Source: Glycera tridactyla
Lineage: Eukaryota
Assembly: GCA_965644265.1 (NCBI GenBank)
Contig: OZ286461.1
Coordinates: forward strand, 28,024,001 to 28,088,000
Length of the DNA: 64,000 bases
Direction of reading: 5' to 3'
Within the stretch, counting starts at the first letter, position 1. The number at the start of each line of letters is the position of its first letter. The notes below the pieces were generated by a model that did no database searches, was not told where the DNA came from, and saw only the letters and a program-made list of their open reading frames with translations. This document shows positions 13,293-25,440 of this stretch, in pieces. Made by a program: the position numbers and the translations under genes.

Positions 13293-13396
13293 ATACACTG
13301 TTGAGCCAGCCCGACGTGGGTCTATAATATTTCTTCATCAATCGGGGCTGTCTAATAGTAGATAGCAATGACGATCAGGAGGAGAAGCGAGATCAC
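13293..13396 (+). pseudogene. Dead W5 copy (psi-2): TLLSQPDVGL*YFFINRGCLIVDSNDDQEEK
   Basis: Clear homology to W5c; in-frame TAA, no AG at acceptor position (ttg), no GT donor. Confidence 0.88.
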
Positions 13397-13499
13397 CCAC
13401 CGAACCTTTGTGGTATTGGCTGGTCATACCTTAATTACGAGATATTGGTCAGAAGGCAATCGAATGCAGCAGAGGTTATAACAGGCATACCAAGCAAAG

Positions 13500-14010
13500 T
13501 ACCGCACAATAACAGTTTGTGGTATTTGTATGATGACATCACAACCAAATGCATCAAATGATGTAGAGCGAATTGCTTGGACACTGCCTCACAATAACAG
13601 TTTGTGTTATTTGTATGATGACATCACAACCATATGCATCAAATGATGAGAACGAATTGCTTGGACACTACCTCCCAATAACATTTTGTGGTATTTGTAT
13701 GATGACATCACAATCGTATGCATCAAATGATGTAGAACGAATTGCTTGGACACCACCTCCTAATAACATTTTGTGGTATTTGTATGATGACATCACCACC
13801 GTATGCATCAAATGATGTCGAACGAATTGCTTGGAAACTACCTCCAACTAACAGCTTGTGGGATTTGTATGATGACATCACAATCGTATGCATCAAATGA
13901 TGTAGAACGAATTGCTTGGACACTACCTCCAAATAACATTTTGTGGTATTTGTATGATGACATCACCACCGTATGCATCAAATGATGTAGAACGAATTGC
14001 TTGGACATTG
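13500..14010. repeat. 84-85-bp tandem repeat x6
   Basis: Unit starts at 13508, 13593, 13677, 13762, 13846, 13932. Confidence 0.95.
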
Positions 14011-14742
14011 CTTACACATTATCACAATAATAGTGGACAACTGGTTCTTGAATACTGCTGACCAATCCCATCACCATCATCCTTGGTATTCTGTCATTCC
14101 TCAGCCTCTTCGATGACTTCCGACATCTCACACCCCACTGGATATCACTCATCCTCGACCTTTTATCGTGCCATCTTCTCCACCAATTGCAGGTGCCCCT
14201 CTCCATCGAGTACACCACCCCATTATTTACATATGCCAACCAGACTTATACTTTTATTGATATCTTCCTTTTTTTCCAGCCTCCCTGCATTTGTAGTCAG
14301 ATTGAAGGTATCACCTTCCCCTCCGAGTCAATAGTCCTACCATTTGCCTACGCATTTGCCTTGTGATCTGATTGATGATAGCCGTCTTTTCCAGCCTTCC
14401 CTGTCCCCAAATGTATTTCAGCATCTCGTGAATGTGGCCAACTATCCAGCTCAATGAAAGGACCCCCACCAAGACTCACATCAATGATATATGAAACACA
14501 AGACAGATTCAGCAACAAAAATTTTTTATGAGACTGCATACATGCAAGATCATCAATTATGTGATATTCGAAAAAAAAAAACAGATTCAACTCTGTATGC
14601 CTCACCATTAGGTTCCCTGGAAATTCACAATCGTACTCATTTTTGTGACATTCTGTCGAACCATATCTCATTGAGTGTGTGTACTGCGTGGTCCTGCCTC
14701 TACAAAAACAATTCCCTGACACTCTTATCATTTAACATTCAG

Positions 14743-14846
14743 AGAAACTCTTGGTCCCCATGGATCCGGGACTCTTCTTCTTCATCAACCAGGGCTGTCT
14801 GACAGTAGACAGTATTGACGATCAGGAGGAAATGTCAATTATGGAC
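14743..14846 (+). CDS. Mhc: Alternative exon W5d (EKLLVPMDPGLFFFINQGCLTVDSIDDQEEMSIMD)
   Basis: ttcAG / GTatgt, 104 nt, phase 1-0. Confidence 0.94.
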
Positions 14847-16337
14847 GTATGTATCGCAGTTGCGGGGTTTCCGTCACGTCACCAGACAACCTACCCCACA
14901 CTCAAAGATGCCCCCCCTAAAGCCCAAGCCCAAGCCCATGCCCCTAGAACGACCATCATCACTACACAGTTTGATAGCATGAAGTATCTTGGATTGCACT
15001 TGGAGATCTTGCGATCAAGCACCAACAGTCTTTTTTCTTTCCACCGCATCATCCGTCTCAAGTAGTCCCGTTATTCAGTAAACTTGTAGACCATCTCAGA
15101 TATAAAATAGCCCCTATTAAGCTGGCTCTATTTGGGCTAAGTCTGCCAAAAAAACTGGATAATGCCTGGTCGCAACTCACAAGCAATCCTTGTACCCCAA
15201 ATGACATTCCTTCTCTAGGAGGAGACTCCAATGAATCCATTTGAACCCTTTTTCTCGAATCTCTAGGTCACCTCTTGTGCCCCTTCATTCCCCTTGTAAT
15301 AATAGTTCATCTTACAACAGAAACGTGTTATAAATATTGTGCACAATCCACTTTTACATCTTTGTGCCCAATCTTATACCCATATCACCTGACCCCTTGA
15401 CTTCTGGTTGCCACACAAACATGACCCAATCACGTGAATGTTTGATGCCAATCCTCATGTTTTCTCTTCATTGATCCAAGAGTGGTAGATAACTCCCAAA
15501 CACTTCATCCTTCATACCATCTTCCCAACGGATCCCATATATACCAATCAACATCTCACCCACACTGCTAATCTCTATTCATCTTCTAGGACCTCCACCG
15601 TCACCTAAACCTGTCTCCAGATTTTTTAGATGTGTTTCCTCTTGCAGCGAACGGACGCAACTGCGCCTCTCTCCTGTATTCATTTTTCCAGCCTGAACTG
15701 AACTCCACCCCTTCACCGATGCCAGAGGATTCCTACTCGTGCCTGTACCGTTTCCTTTTACCAAGAACAACCCACACTCAACGAAGTAGTTTTTTTTGTA
15801 TCTTCTTCGTTGACAGACTTTGTATCACATCCAACCAATTCTTGCCCCTTATCTTACCCGTTTTTTCCCAAACCGATCGTCTGGAGCGATCAATTTTAAT
15901 CTGTACAATTCCATATGCCCTGAATCATCCTGCTGTTCATATTTCATGATGGCTGGTTGAAATTTGTGACTGAGGATTTTCACAGATGTTTACATATCAC
16001 GAATGGTCACAAGCAATAGCTTGTATCGCATGTTGTGCCCCATGCCTCTGGGTGACAAGCAACAACGTCATTTGAAATTTTTAACAATACAAATATGTCA
16101 ATACTGACTTTTTGCCTGGTTCACGCAATCAGTTCAGATGGAAATCCGATACCTCATTTCACAATATATTGTTTTCAACAACTGCATATTGACATTGGGC
16201 AATATTCTGCCTGGCTTGAAATACAAAGCTTGCTATGAATCATTGTGAATCAACGTCTGTGAGGAATCCTCCATCACTTTAGGAGCTTGTCTGGTCTCAT
16301 GTGACACATAGATAATCGTGTCCATGCTTTTGTTCAG

Positions 16338-16441
16338 AAAAAATTCTGATCGCAATGGATCCCGGACTGTATCACTTCATCAACCAAGGCTGTCTTGATG
16401 TCGACAGCATTGACGATAAGGAAGAGATGTCAATTATGGAC
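16338..16441 (+). CDS. Mhc: Alternative exon W5e (EKILIAMDPGLYHFINQGCLDVDSIDDKEEMSIMD)
   Basis: ttcAG / GTatgt, 104 nt, phase 1-0; missed by ORF track. Confidence 0.94.
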
Positions 16442-17507
16442 GTATGTATATCAGGTCAAAATTTGACATGAATCCCCACTCTGAGCAGCTTTGGGATCAC
16501 TCAGGGTGGGGATTCTAATCCTCATGCCACACTTGAATCAAAAACAGTTTCTATACTGCATGGAAATCCGATTTGCATTATTGCGAACTGGATATCCTTC
16601 CGCGGCCATCTTGTTGAGCTGCATCGACTGGTCCCACACACGATCTAACTTTTTGGTGTCGGTGCACCTGATCTATGGAGCCAGTCAAATTCAGACGCAT
16701 TGCATATTGTGCATAATAACCTACACTCCCATGTAAATATGGATACCTACTTGAGTGTGGCATAATTAGGAGGACCTGATGGGCAAGTTGAGTATCTGTA
16801 TAGCGTCTACTAACTCACTGGTATTCATCATCTGTGCACGAATAGCCCACGATATTCAAAATATTTTGGTGAATTATCCACAACAACTAAAACAGAAATC
16901 CACCAGATGTATTTCTGTCGATATGGAATCATGAGCGAAATAGTTCGATGATATTTCTGTAGAAATTTGATAAAAAATCAGCAAATTGAGTATCCTGGGT
17001 TTCCCACCTCAGTGCCTTCCACTCCTTTTTCAGATACATCTGATTTCCATATCCTGCATCTATTTTTAGTCTTTTCCAGCATTCGACCTCAAAAGCACCT
17101 TTCAGAAGGGTGCTTACATGCATAGCACACTTATCCCCACCATTCCATCCATTCCTTGTTTCAGGTTCTTGAAACATCCATTTTATCCTGTCCATCTACG
17201 TACACCTTACCTAAATATTACCTATTCCTTTTCAGGAATTCTGTGTGTATCACCACCATGCCTTATCTTGCATTTCATCTTATTATAGCCTCACCATATT
17301 ATTATATCCTTACCAGATTATTTCTATAGCATTTCAGTTAGCATGACCTAGCCTCTCCTATTGGATGTTCCTGTACCAATCCGCTGTCTGTATATCAATA
17401 AGTCACCACACAATTTCCAGGTTCTTTCTCCTGTGAATTGAATGTCGACTTGCGCCCGATCGTATATTCGCAATGATTCTCACTTATTTCCCACTACCTG
17501 TCTCCAG

Positions 17508-17611
17508 ACCAAATCCTTGTGCAGCCGGATCCTGGACTCTTTCACTTCATCAATCAGGGATGCTTAACTGTTGATGGTCTGGATGACCAAGAGGAATGTG
17601 AAATCATGCAC
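17508..17611 (+). CDS. Mhc: Alternative exon W5f (DQILVQPDPGLFHFINQGCLTVDGLDDQEECEIMH)
   Basis: tccAG / GTatgt, 104 nt, phase 1-0; missed by ORF track. Confidence 0.94.
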
Positions 17612-19349
17612 GTATGTAGACCGAACGTCCTGTCAGAAGATCAGATTTCATGCATGTATATCACAACCTGCCCGACTTTCATGTAAACGCAATGAGTGTA
17701 ATCAGAAGTAAATCCGATTTCGACCTGACTTAATGCTAACAATATTTATAGATTAGTCTTCGGATGATTGAAGAGACTGTGTCTTTCATTATCATCTCAT
17801 GAATGATCTGCTAATCGCTGAAGAGCCAAACCAGTCAAGCTAAAGTCACCGGGACACTGTATTGCTGCCATTGATTCATGCCACATACACAATGGTGAAG
17901 CAAGTCATCACTAGATCAACGTTTACTTGTGATAAACTACGATCTGGATACACTTTGAATACCATCCTCAAATATAGTACAAAGGAAATCAGAAGATTCC
18001 AATGTGTTATCAACCAAACTGAGGAGCAGTATTCCATTCAAATCAATGGTGCTCCTAGCAACTAGAAATTAGTCCCAAAGCTGTGATGAGGCATCATCCT
18101 CGGCAAGACAGATTTGCCAACATGGCGGTGCCCACATATTCGGCATTTATGAAGTAAAACTCCCTGGTGGTAATTGATACACTGGTGTGAATTTCTGCAG
18201 TCATTCATGTGTATATTAATTCCAGACCCTGGGTGGATTTGATGGTGTTCCCTGTGTTGAAGGGCGATAGTGTCCGTGTGACGACAATATATACCTTACC
18301 TGAACCTCGACAAAACAGATATACCCGATAGCACTTCAACTTCACATGTAGAACCCCGCCCTTATCTCCCATTTAACTTCTTCTCTTGCAGGACCTGTCA
18401 CCTCTTCCTCGTATACTTTCCGAATGATTCCCCATACATGAGATTACTACTCTCTTACAGACAGCAGTCTATTGCTACCTTGACCATCTTCCCCATACCA
18501 TCTCATCTTTCCATGTACACCTCATGTCTTCATCCTTCCATAAATAATAATATGCATGAATTAGTGATGTCATTATGGTTACGATGACGTCATTAATTTA
18601 GGCTCTTCATACTCTGTTGGACAGGGTAGTATCCTTGGAGCAAGTCTCTGTGCTCACCAACTTCCTGTTGGGGTTCTCTCTGAATTTGGTCACTCATAAA
18701 TTGACGTAAAGCTGGGATAGCAAGAGGCAATCCTACTCCATTCTAGTCACTACTTTAAAATACTCCCATTGCGAGAGTAACACTCCTCAGTGTGTTTGGA
18801 CGTGCAAATTCACTCCAGCGACACATGTGAAACATTGTTTCACATTGAGACTTGGAAATCGACGTAGATTTCGTTTGGCTCATAGACTTGCTCCAATCCC
18901 AACCCAAATCTACCTATTTTTGATCACACTTCACTCCTTACAGGTTTTCCACCGCGTGCCTCTCAGCCCATTCTCCAACATAGTGGATTTGACTCCCTCA
19001 CTTCCCCTCAATTATCATGAGGTAGCACCATGCACCATCCTAAGATGAACCTTTTCTCTCCTTATCACCATTTCAGCCAGCATGATTCTCCTTATTGATT
19101 GTTTGATTTGGATTTCCTCAGGTACACCAACTTGAAACCCGATTGTGTTTTTTCTGGTCCTGTATTCAACTGCCACCCGATTTGTCATTTCATGCTCCAA
19201 CTATTGTGACATGCTCATCACCCTCATACCCTTTTTTCTCCACCTCCACCTTTTTTTTATTTAGTATATGTATCAGTAGTATTGATCTGATCTGGTCCAT
19301 CTACATAGATGTACTATACTAATGTCTCCCATACATGACCTATCTCCAG

Positions 19350-19453
19350 AGAAAATGCTCATTGAGATGGATCCGGGTCTGTACCATTTCATCAACCAGG
19401 GTTGCTTGGGTGTTGATGGTATCGACGACCAGGAGGAGTGTCAAATCATGGAT
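19350..19453 (+). CDS. Mhc: Alternative exon W5g (EKMLIEMDPGLYHFINQGCLGVDGIDDQEECQIMD)
   Basis: tccAG / GTatgt, 104 nt, phase 1-0. Confidence 0.94.
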
Positions 19454-20265
19454 GTATGTACACTAAGGCCAAAATACTTTCCCGGGTATCAAACCATCTC
19501 GAAATTCTGTATATCCGAAATCGCATCTACTGAAGTCGCCTGAGTCTTCGCCACCTGGTGTTCTGATCCGACTCTAATCCCAGGTTCCATTGTTCACCGT
19601 CAGAGGCGCCAGTAGTGGTGTCCTCCTTACTCTGCGGCTCCGATAGAGTTCTTGAACATGAATATGTTTAGATTATTATGCATACTAAATTCTCTGCAAG
19701 CTATTCGACGTTGTTTGGTGATTTCAGTCGAAAAGCTTTGTATGATTTGTAAATATTATCGGTGCTGGTTTCGAAGGGATGTAACTCCATATATGTTCAC
19801 TTTGATGCGAAAAGCACCGAAACCCGGGAAAGTTCATTTTTTATATTCTCGACTATACCCGCTTATCTGCTATTGCAATGAGGAACAAAAGGCGGCAAGA
19901 ACGCATGAGCCTGTGCTTGATCTATGCTACACATTCTTCCATGCTTCCAGATGTTGAATGACATTCTCGGCAGCAACAATCCTCTCGATTCTCACGAATG
20001 CCTTAATTTTAAGTCAATCCTTGCAGGTACCACTATGCTAGTTCACACCTTTCATTTTTATGCACCGTCCCTGTTGACCATTCCCGAATATTGCCCTCTA
20101 TTATGGAATATCCCATGATTGTGCTCTGTCCTCATGTACCACCTGATGATTCTCACGGATGCTCATCCCTGTGCACCCACCCACCTTTTTCCTCTTCTCC
20201 ATTCCAACAACTCAGTGTTAATCATCCATACTATATTGACCAACCTCTACCGCACCTATCTCCAG

Positions 20266-20369
20266 AGAAAATGCTCGTGTCTATGGATCCTGGACTTTAC
20301 CACTTCATCAACCAGGGTTGCTTGGGTGTAGATGGTTTGGATGACCAGGAAGAGTGTGAAATCATGGAC
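20266..20369 (+). CDS. Mhc: Alternative exon W5h (EKMLVSMDPGLYHFINQGCLGVDGLDDQEECEIMD)
   Basis: tccAG / GTatgt, 104 nt, phase 1-0. Confidence 0.94.
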
Positions 20370-22041
20370 GTATGTACCCAACAACTCTCTTCCATACTTC
20401 TGAGGCTTCTCTCCTTCGATGGAATTCAATTCCTTCTCTCCGAGACGGAATACAGAATTCCGGATGGACGATAGCCAAAGGAGACAAGCGTGTTCTTAAT
20501 ATTTTTGTTCTCATCCTTCCTCTTTTCTTCCTCACCTGATTTGATAACCACATTCCAGTCCATCATTCCTTTAACCAAATGTGTGATGTTTTTCCAGTTT
20601 TTATATCCCAACTTCCACCCACGTGTTCTCCTACCTCTCGTCTCTTCTGAATCTTCCAACCTTGAAGGAGTTACTGATATGTGTGTGTTCTCTTTCAGAC
20701 CTTAGGTATTTTCACCACGAACCCTTCGGTGTAGGACAACCGACCCCCTTCCTTCACCCAATTGTGGTTTCACCTCCCTGAATTCCCTCTCCTCTCTCCT
20801 TACTCTCACAGTGTGGTTTGAGAGCAGCCTCCAAACTCTCTCATGAATAATTCGTGTAGATTTTACCATGTGATCCTATATTAATCTTTCCATACTCATA
20901 CATACAATTCAACTTACTACCATGCTAACAAAACCATAGTTGTGGGTAGCGATACCAGTACCTACCCTATTGAAATCAAAGTACATATGACATTAGATTT
21001 GATAGTTCTGGTTACTGCCCTCACTCACTTTGATCATACTAGACGGGCGTGAGATGGTGAAATGTGTCTGGAAAGATTATTATCTCTTTGTCTCATTTGA
21101 CTTATGAAATACTACCTGTGATGTAACCGATGTGTGATAATCCAGAATGTAGCATCATAGCAATCGTAGTCATTATGTCAGGATTTGTGAAGTCAGCAGA
21201 GTGAAATTGTCTAGATAAGTAGAGATACGTGTACGTAGAATGAAATCTCACTAACTTGTATTGTTCATTGCACGTATCTGTCAAAAACAGCAGAAAATTG
21301 AGAAAATACCGAAAAATAGTCTTCGGTGACTTTGAGACCCAATAAGCTCTTCGTTATGGCCTTTTTACCAGATCTAAGAAGTAAATCAACAATAATGAAA
21401 TTGGAGCTTCGTATTTGGGTCTCTGACGATCGCGATATATGCTTACATAGACGGCGACAATATGGATGACACTGTTCCAGAAAAACCACTCAAAAGTGGT
21501 TTTATTATTCTACAAAGTCATAATGAAATTAGGGCGTCGCGGCATTATGCCGAGGGGATAATATTCTTCGCGAGCACCATTATTTCGTGTTCAACATTGG
21601 TGCAAGCCAACCCGAGCAAAAACACTACTCGCCTTTGCCCCATGCCCATTCATCCCCCATTCACTCAACAACCGACCTTTACCACCATCCCTTCCCGCAA
21701 CTATTTAACTATATCTTCCAATCACCCAAGCACATTTTTGCGAGGTTTCCATCTGTGAGGTAGGTACTCATGATCACGAAATGGCAGTCCCTTGATTGGG
21801 GGCAATATGTCCGCGGTATATTTCCTGGAGTCACCACCAGAATATAGTATTGATAACAGGATCAAGATCCTATTACACCAGTGCCTATTCCCTGATTTAT
21901 TTCGACACAATCGGCGGATATTTTCCATTCGCTGCTTCTCCACGCCCCCGTGCATGCCAAGGGTGAGCCACTTCGTATGTGGCGAAACCTACCCCACCTC
22001 CCTCTAATCCCGTTGTGTCTCTACCTTCATCCTCCTAACAG

Positions 22042-22145
22042 AAAAGATTCTCTGCGCACCCGACCCAAGTCTCTTTCACCAAATCAATCAAGGTGTACTT
22101 GTTGCCGATGGAATCGACGATCCCATGGAGATGAGAATTGCCGAT
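22042..22145 (+). CDS. Mhc: Alternative exon W5i (EKILCAPDPSLFHQINQGVLVADGIDDPMEMRIAD), most divergent
   Basis: aacAG / GTaggt, 104 nt, phase 1-0; missed by ORF track. Confidence 0.92.
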
Positions 22146-22284
22146 GTAGGTAACCTCTATTACCCCCCTCAACCATGCTGTTTACTTGGTCTGAATGTAT
22201 CATGTGTGGCTAGAGAGCTCTAAGAGCTGCCGCCTTGGTGGTGGTAACGGGATCTGTGAGTTCCCGCCAGGGGTATGATGTCGA

Positions 22285-22690
22285 ATTATCATCATCACTA
22301 TTATCATTATTATCATAGTCATCATCATATTCATCAGCGACTCCCGAAATTTACAGACTTGCATCGAAATGTATTATTATTATAATTATTATTATTATTA
22401 TCATTTTTCTTATTATTAGTAGTAGTATAATTATTACCATATCATTATCATTATTATCATTACTATCATCATTATTAGTTATAGAAGAAGAACCAATACC
22501 AACATTCGCCTCCGAGGTGTCTTTTTATATACTCAAATGCCAAGATGAGCACATGTCATTATTATTATTTTTTTTTTTATTATTATCATCATTATTATTA
22601 TTATTAATATTATTATCGTTAATATCATTATCATTTTCATCATTGTTACTATCATTATCATTGTTATTTCTATCATTATCACCATTCATA
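22285..22690. repeat. Degenerate (ATT/ATC)n low-complexity tracts
   Basis: Trinucleotide runs. Confidence 0.85.
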
Positions 22691-23790
22691 TTTCCATTAG
22701 TATCGGAAGTATGATGTGGCACTTGTCTCCTGAACTTGAAAAAACGACGAGTTCGCCTTCAGTTCAAAATGTAATCGTTTCATAGGTGATAATTACAGAC
22801 AATATCAGTGCCGATTTGGACATATCTGTAATTTCTCGACATCCATACACGGTACGATCTTTCCTGGAACAAATTGTACGTAATTCTGCAGCGGATAATG
22901 ACATGCATAATGTAATATATCATCACTATTGGGCTGGCTTCTATATGAAGCAATCTGTAGCGTCATAGCAAAATTATCCATGGCTAGTTTGGAACATGTC
23001 TTCACTATTCGATACGAGCTTTACCAGATAGATCCCAGCTGTTAAAGTAACGGGGTGCAATCAACAAGGGTGGGGTTATTGCCATACAGCATGTTCACAA
23101 ACTAGACGGTTCACATGTCTAGGACACATGAATCCCCGGCATTCTCTCGGCGTGTCTGTGATTTGTCATTCCTCCTGGACATGTGTGTTCTATCGTTGTG
23201 GCATCGCTGCATGGAATTAGCTCCAAACTTGAGGTTGATTTCGTGACACAGAGTGTAGCAAAATGGACACGATACGTGTGCGTGATTCCGGCAAGTCCCA
23301 TCCATTCTCGAGGCGTGTCTGTGACTTGTCATATCGATCATTCATGCGTGTTCTCTCATTTTGTTGCACTCGTCGTGAGGTGACAACTTCATCGTTATCA
23401 CCAATGAACGACCACGATATGAGATTATTCTATTAAAAAAGATCATTCAGATCCTGAATATCGAAATCGATAAGAATCACTGCGTCAGACAATAAATCTC
23501 CCTCCGTTGCATTCAAATTTACCACTTTCTGAGATGCGTTTTATCCAAAAATGGAGAGACGACGATAATATTCGAACGGCGATATCATTATCAAACAGGA
23601 TATTTTTCTGAGGTGAAAACAATGTGGGTTATCACGAACATATGAATGACATATTCTGGCAATCAAATGTCAAATAGATAAAACAGCAATCGCTGCCCAT
23701 TATTCATCAGTGAGCGGGACTAAACAGGGGTCACGGGCGACATTGCAACACAAGCAACAAACCTCCGTACCTCCCGATCCTAAGTTGAGT

Positions 23791-23998
23791 CCACACACCA
23801 TAGGCAAGCTTAGACAGCTAAACTGGTGTCTAATCATGCCTATGGTGTGAGATTGGCGTCCACACATCATCGGCAAGCTTGGACAGCCAAGATGGTGTCT
23901 GATCATGCCTATGGTGTGAGATTGGCGTCCACACACCATAGGCAAGCTTAGACAGCTAAGATGGTGTTTAAGCATGCCTATGGCATGAGAATGGCGGC
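23791..23998. repeat. 69-bp tandem repeat x3, each unit an inverted repeat
   Basis: cacaccataggca ... tgcctatggtgtg arms, inner ttagaca/tgtctaa. Confidence 0.92.
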
Positions 23999-24067
23999 CA
24001 AAGAGACTTGTCATCATTCTGATCATTGCATCCATTCTGACATTGTTCATATTCTATGATGTTGCAG

Positions 24068-24206
24068 GAGGCTTTCACCGTACTCGGCTTCAACGAGGAG
24101 GAGAAGATTTCACTGTACAAGTGCACAGCTGCTGTACTCCACTTCGGAGAGATGAAGTTCAAGCAGAGGCCCCGAGAGGAGCAGGCTGAAGCCGATGGCA
24201 CATCCG
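24068..24206 (+). CDS. Mhc: Exon W6 (EAFTVLGF...[15 protein letters not shown])
   Basis: gcAG / GTatgt, 139 nt, phase 0-1. Confidence 0.97.
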
Positions 24207-24764
24207 GTATGTGAACTTTAACTTCCTCCAGATACCGAGAAAAACGAAGTATCGCACGTGTATATGTGTGTGTAAAAATGGCCAGCCTCATAGATATTGT
24301 GGATTATTGTATTCAAACGCAAAGTCAGAGACATTATCACATGGATGTGCCATTTTCAGTGAAGTATCAGGTGTTGAGTATTGCGTGTGATACTTCACAG
24401 CTGGATGAGAACTACTTTAAGACGAGTTCTCCCCAATTCATGTAATAAAAGCAAGACTATATGGCCATGAGGTTAAAATGCAATACCAAACTCGGTGTGA
24501 ATTTCATATAGTCTTGCTGAACTACTGAGATGTCGAGAATCCAGATCAACGAGTACAAAAGCAATGATATAGTTACCTCCTTTTTGACACGAGCATTTTC
24601 ATCACGTGGTGTATGAAAGGCTTTTTTCGTGTATTTTTGCAATGATCGTTGTGATCCCCACGAGATATAAATAAAGGACAAGTATTGGTGCGAAATGGGG
24701 AGGAATCTCTCCCACACACTGAAAAGTATGTATGGGATATTGATTGAATCATCCTATTCACCTA

Positions 24765-25080
24765 GGATTTATACGTCTGTATGTGTACGTATTTGAGACG
24801 TATGGATGTATACGTCTGTATGTGTACGTATTTGAGACGTATGGATGTATACGTCTGTATGTGTACGTATTTGAGACGTATGGATGTATACGTCTGTATG
24901 TGTACGTATTTGAGACGTATAGATTTATACGTCTGTATGTGTACGTATTTGAGACGTATGGATTTATACGTCTGTATGTGTGCGTATTTGAGACGTATGG
25001 ATTTATACGTCTGTATGTGTACGTATTTGAGACGTATGGATTTATACGTCTGTATGTGTACGTATCTGAGACGTATTTGA
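24765..25080. repeat. 39-bp minisatellite x8
   Basis: ggatttatacgtctgtatgtgtacgtatttgagacgtat. Confidence 0.95.
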
Positions 25081-25157
25081 GGTAAGCCAGAATGACTGGA
25101 GTTTCCTGTCTGGATATCATCAGCGGATTGATATATGTATTATCTACTATCTTACAG

Positions 25158-25426
25158 AGGCTGAGAAGATCGCCTTCTTGTTGGGCGTCAACGCATCTGA
25201 TTTGCTTAAGGCTATCCTGAAGCCAAAGGTAAAGGTCGGAAACGAGATGGTGACCAAGGGTCAGACCAAGGACCAGTGCATGTTCGGTGTAAGCGCCATT
25301 GCCAAGTCCCTGTACTCTCGTATGTTCGGCTGGTTGGTCGCCCGTGTCAACAAGACTCTGGACACCAAGCATAAGCGCCAGTTCTTCATTGGTGTACTGG
25401 ATATTGCTGGATTCGAGATCTTCGAG
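25158..25426 (+). CDS. Mhc: Exon W7 ([10 protein letters not shown]...[12 protein letters not shown]; cardiomyopathy-loop region, switch II)
   Basis: tacAG / GTgaga, 269 nt, phase 1-0. Confidence 0.97.
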
Positions 25427-25440
25427 GTGAGAATTACAAG

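Noticed and set aside
13500-14010. Regular repeats as a CRISPR array
   Set aside because: Head-to-tail units with no unique spacers, eukaryotic intron, no cas genes.
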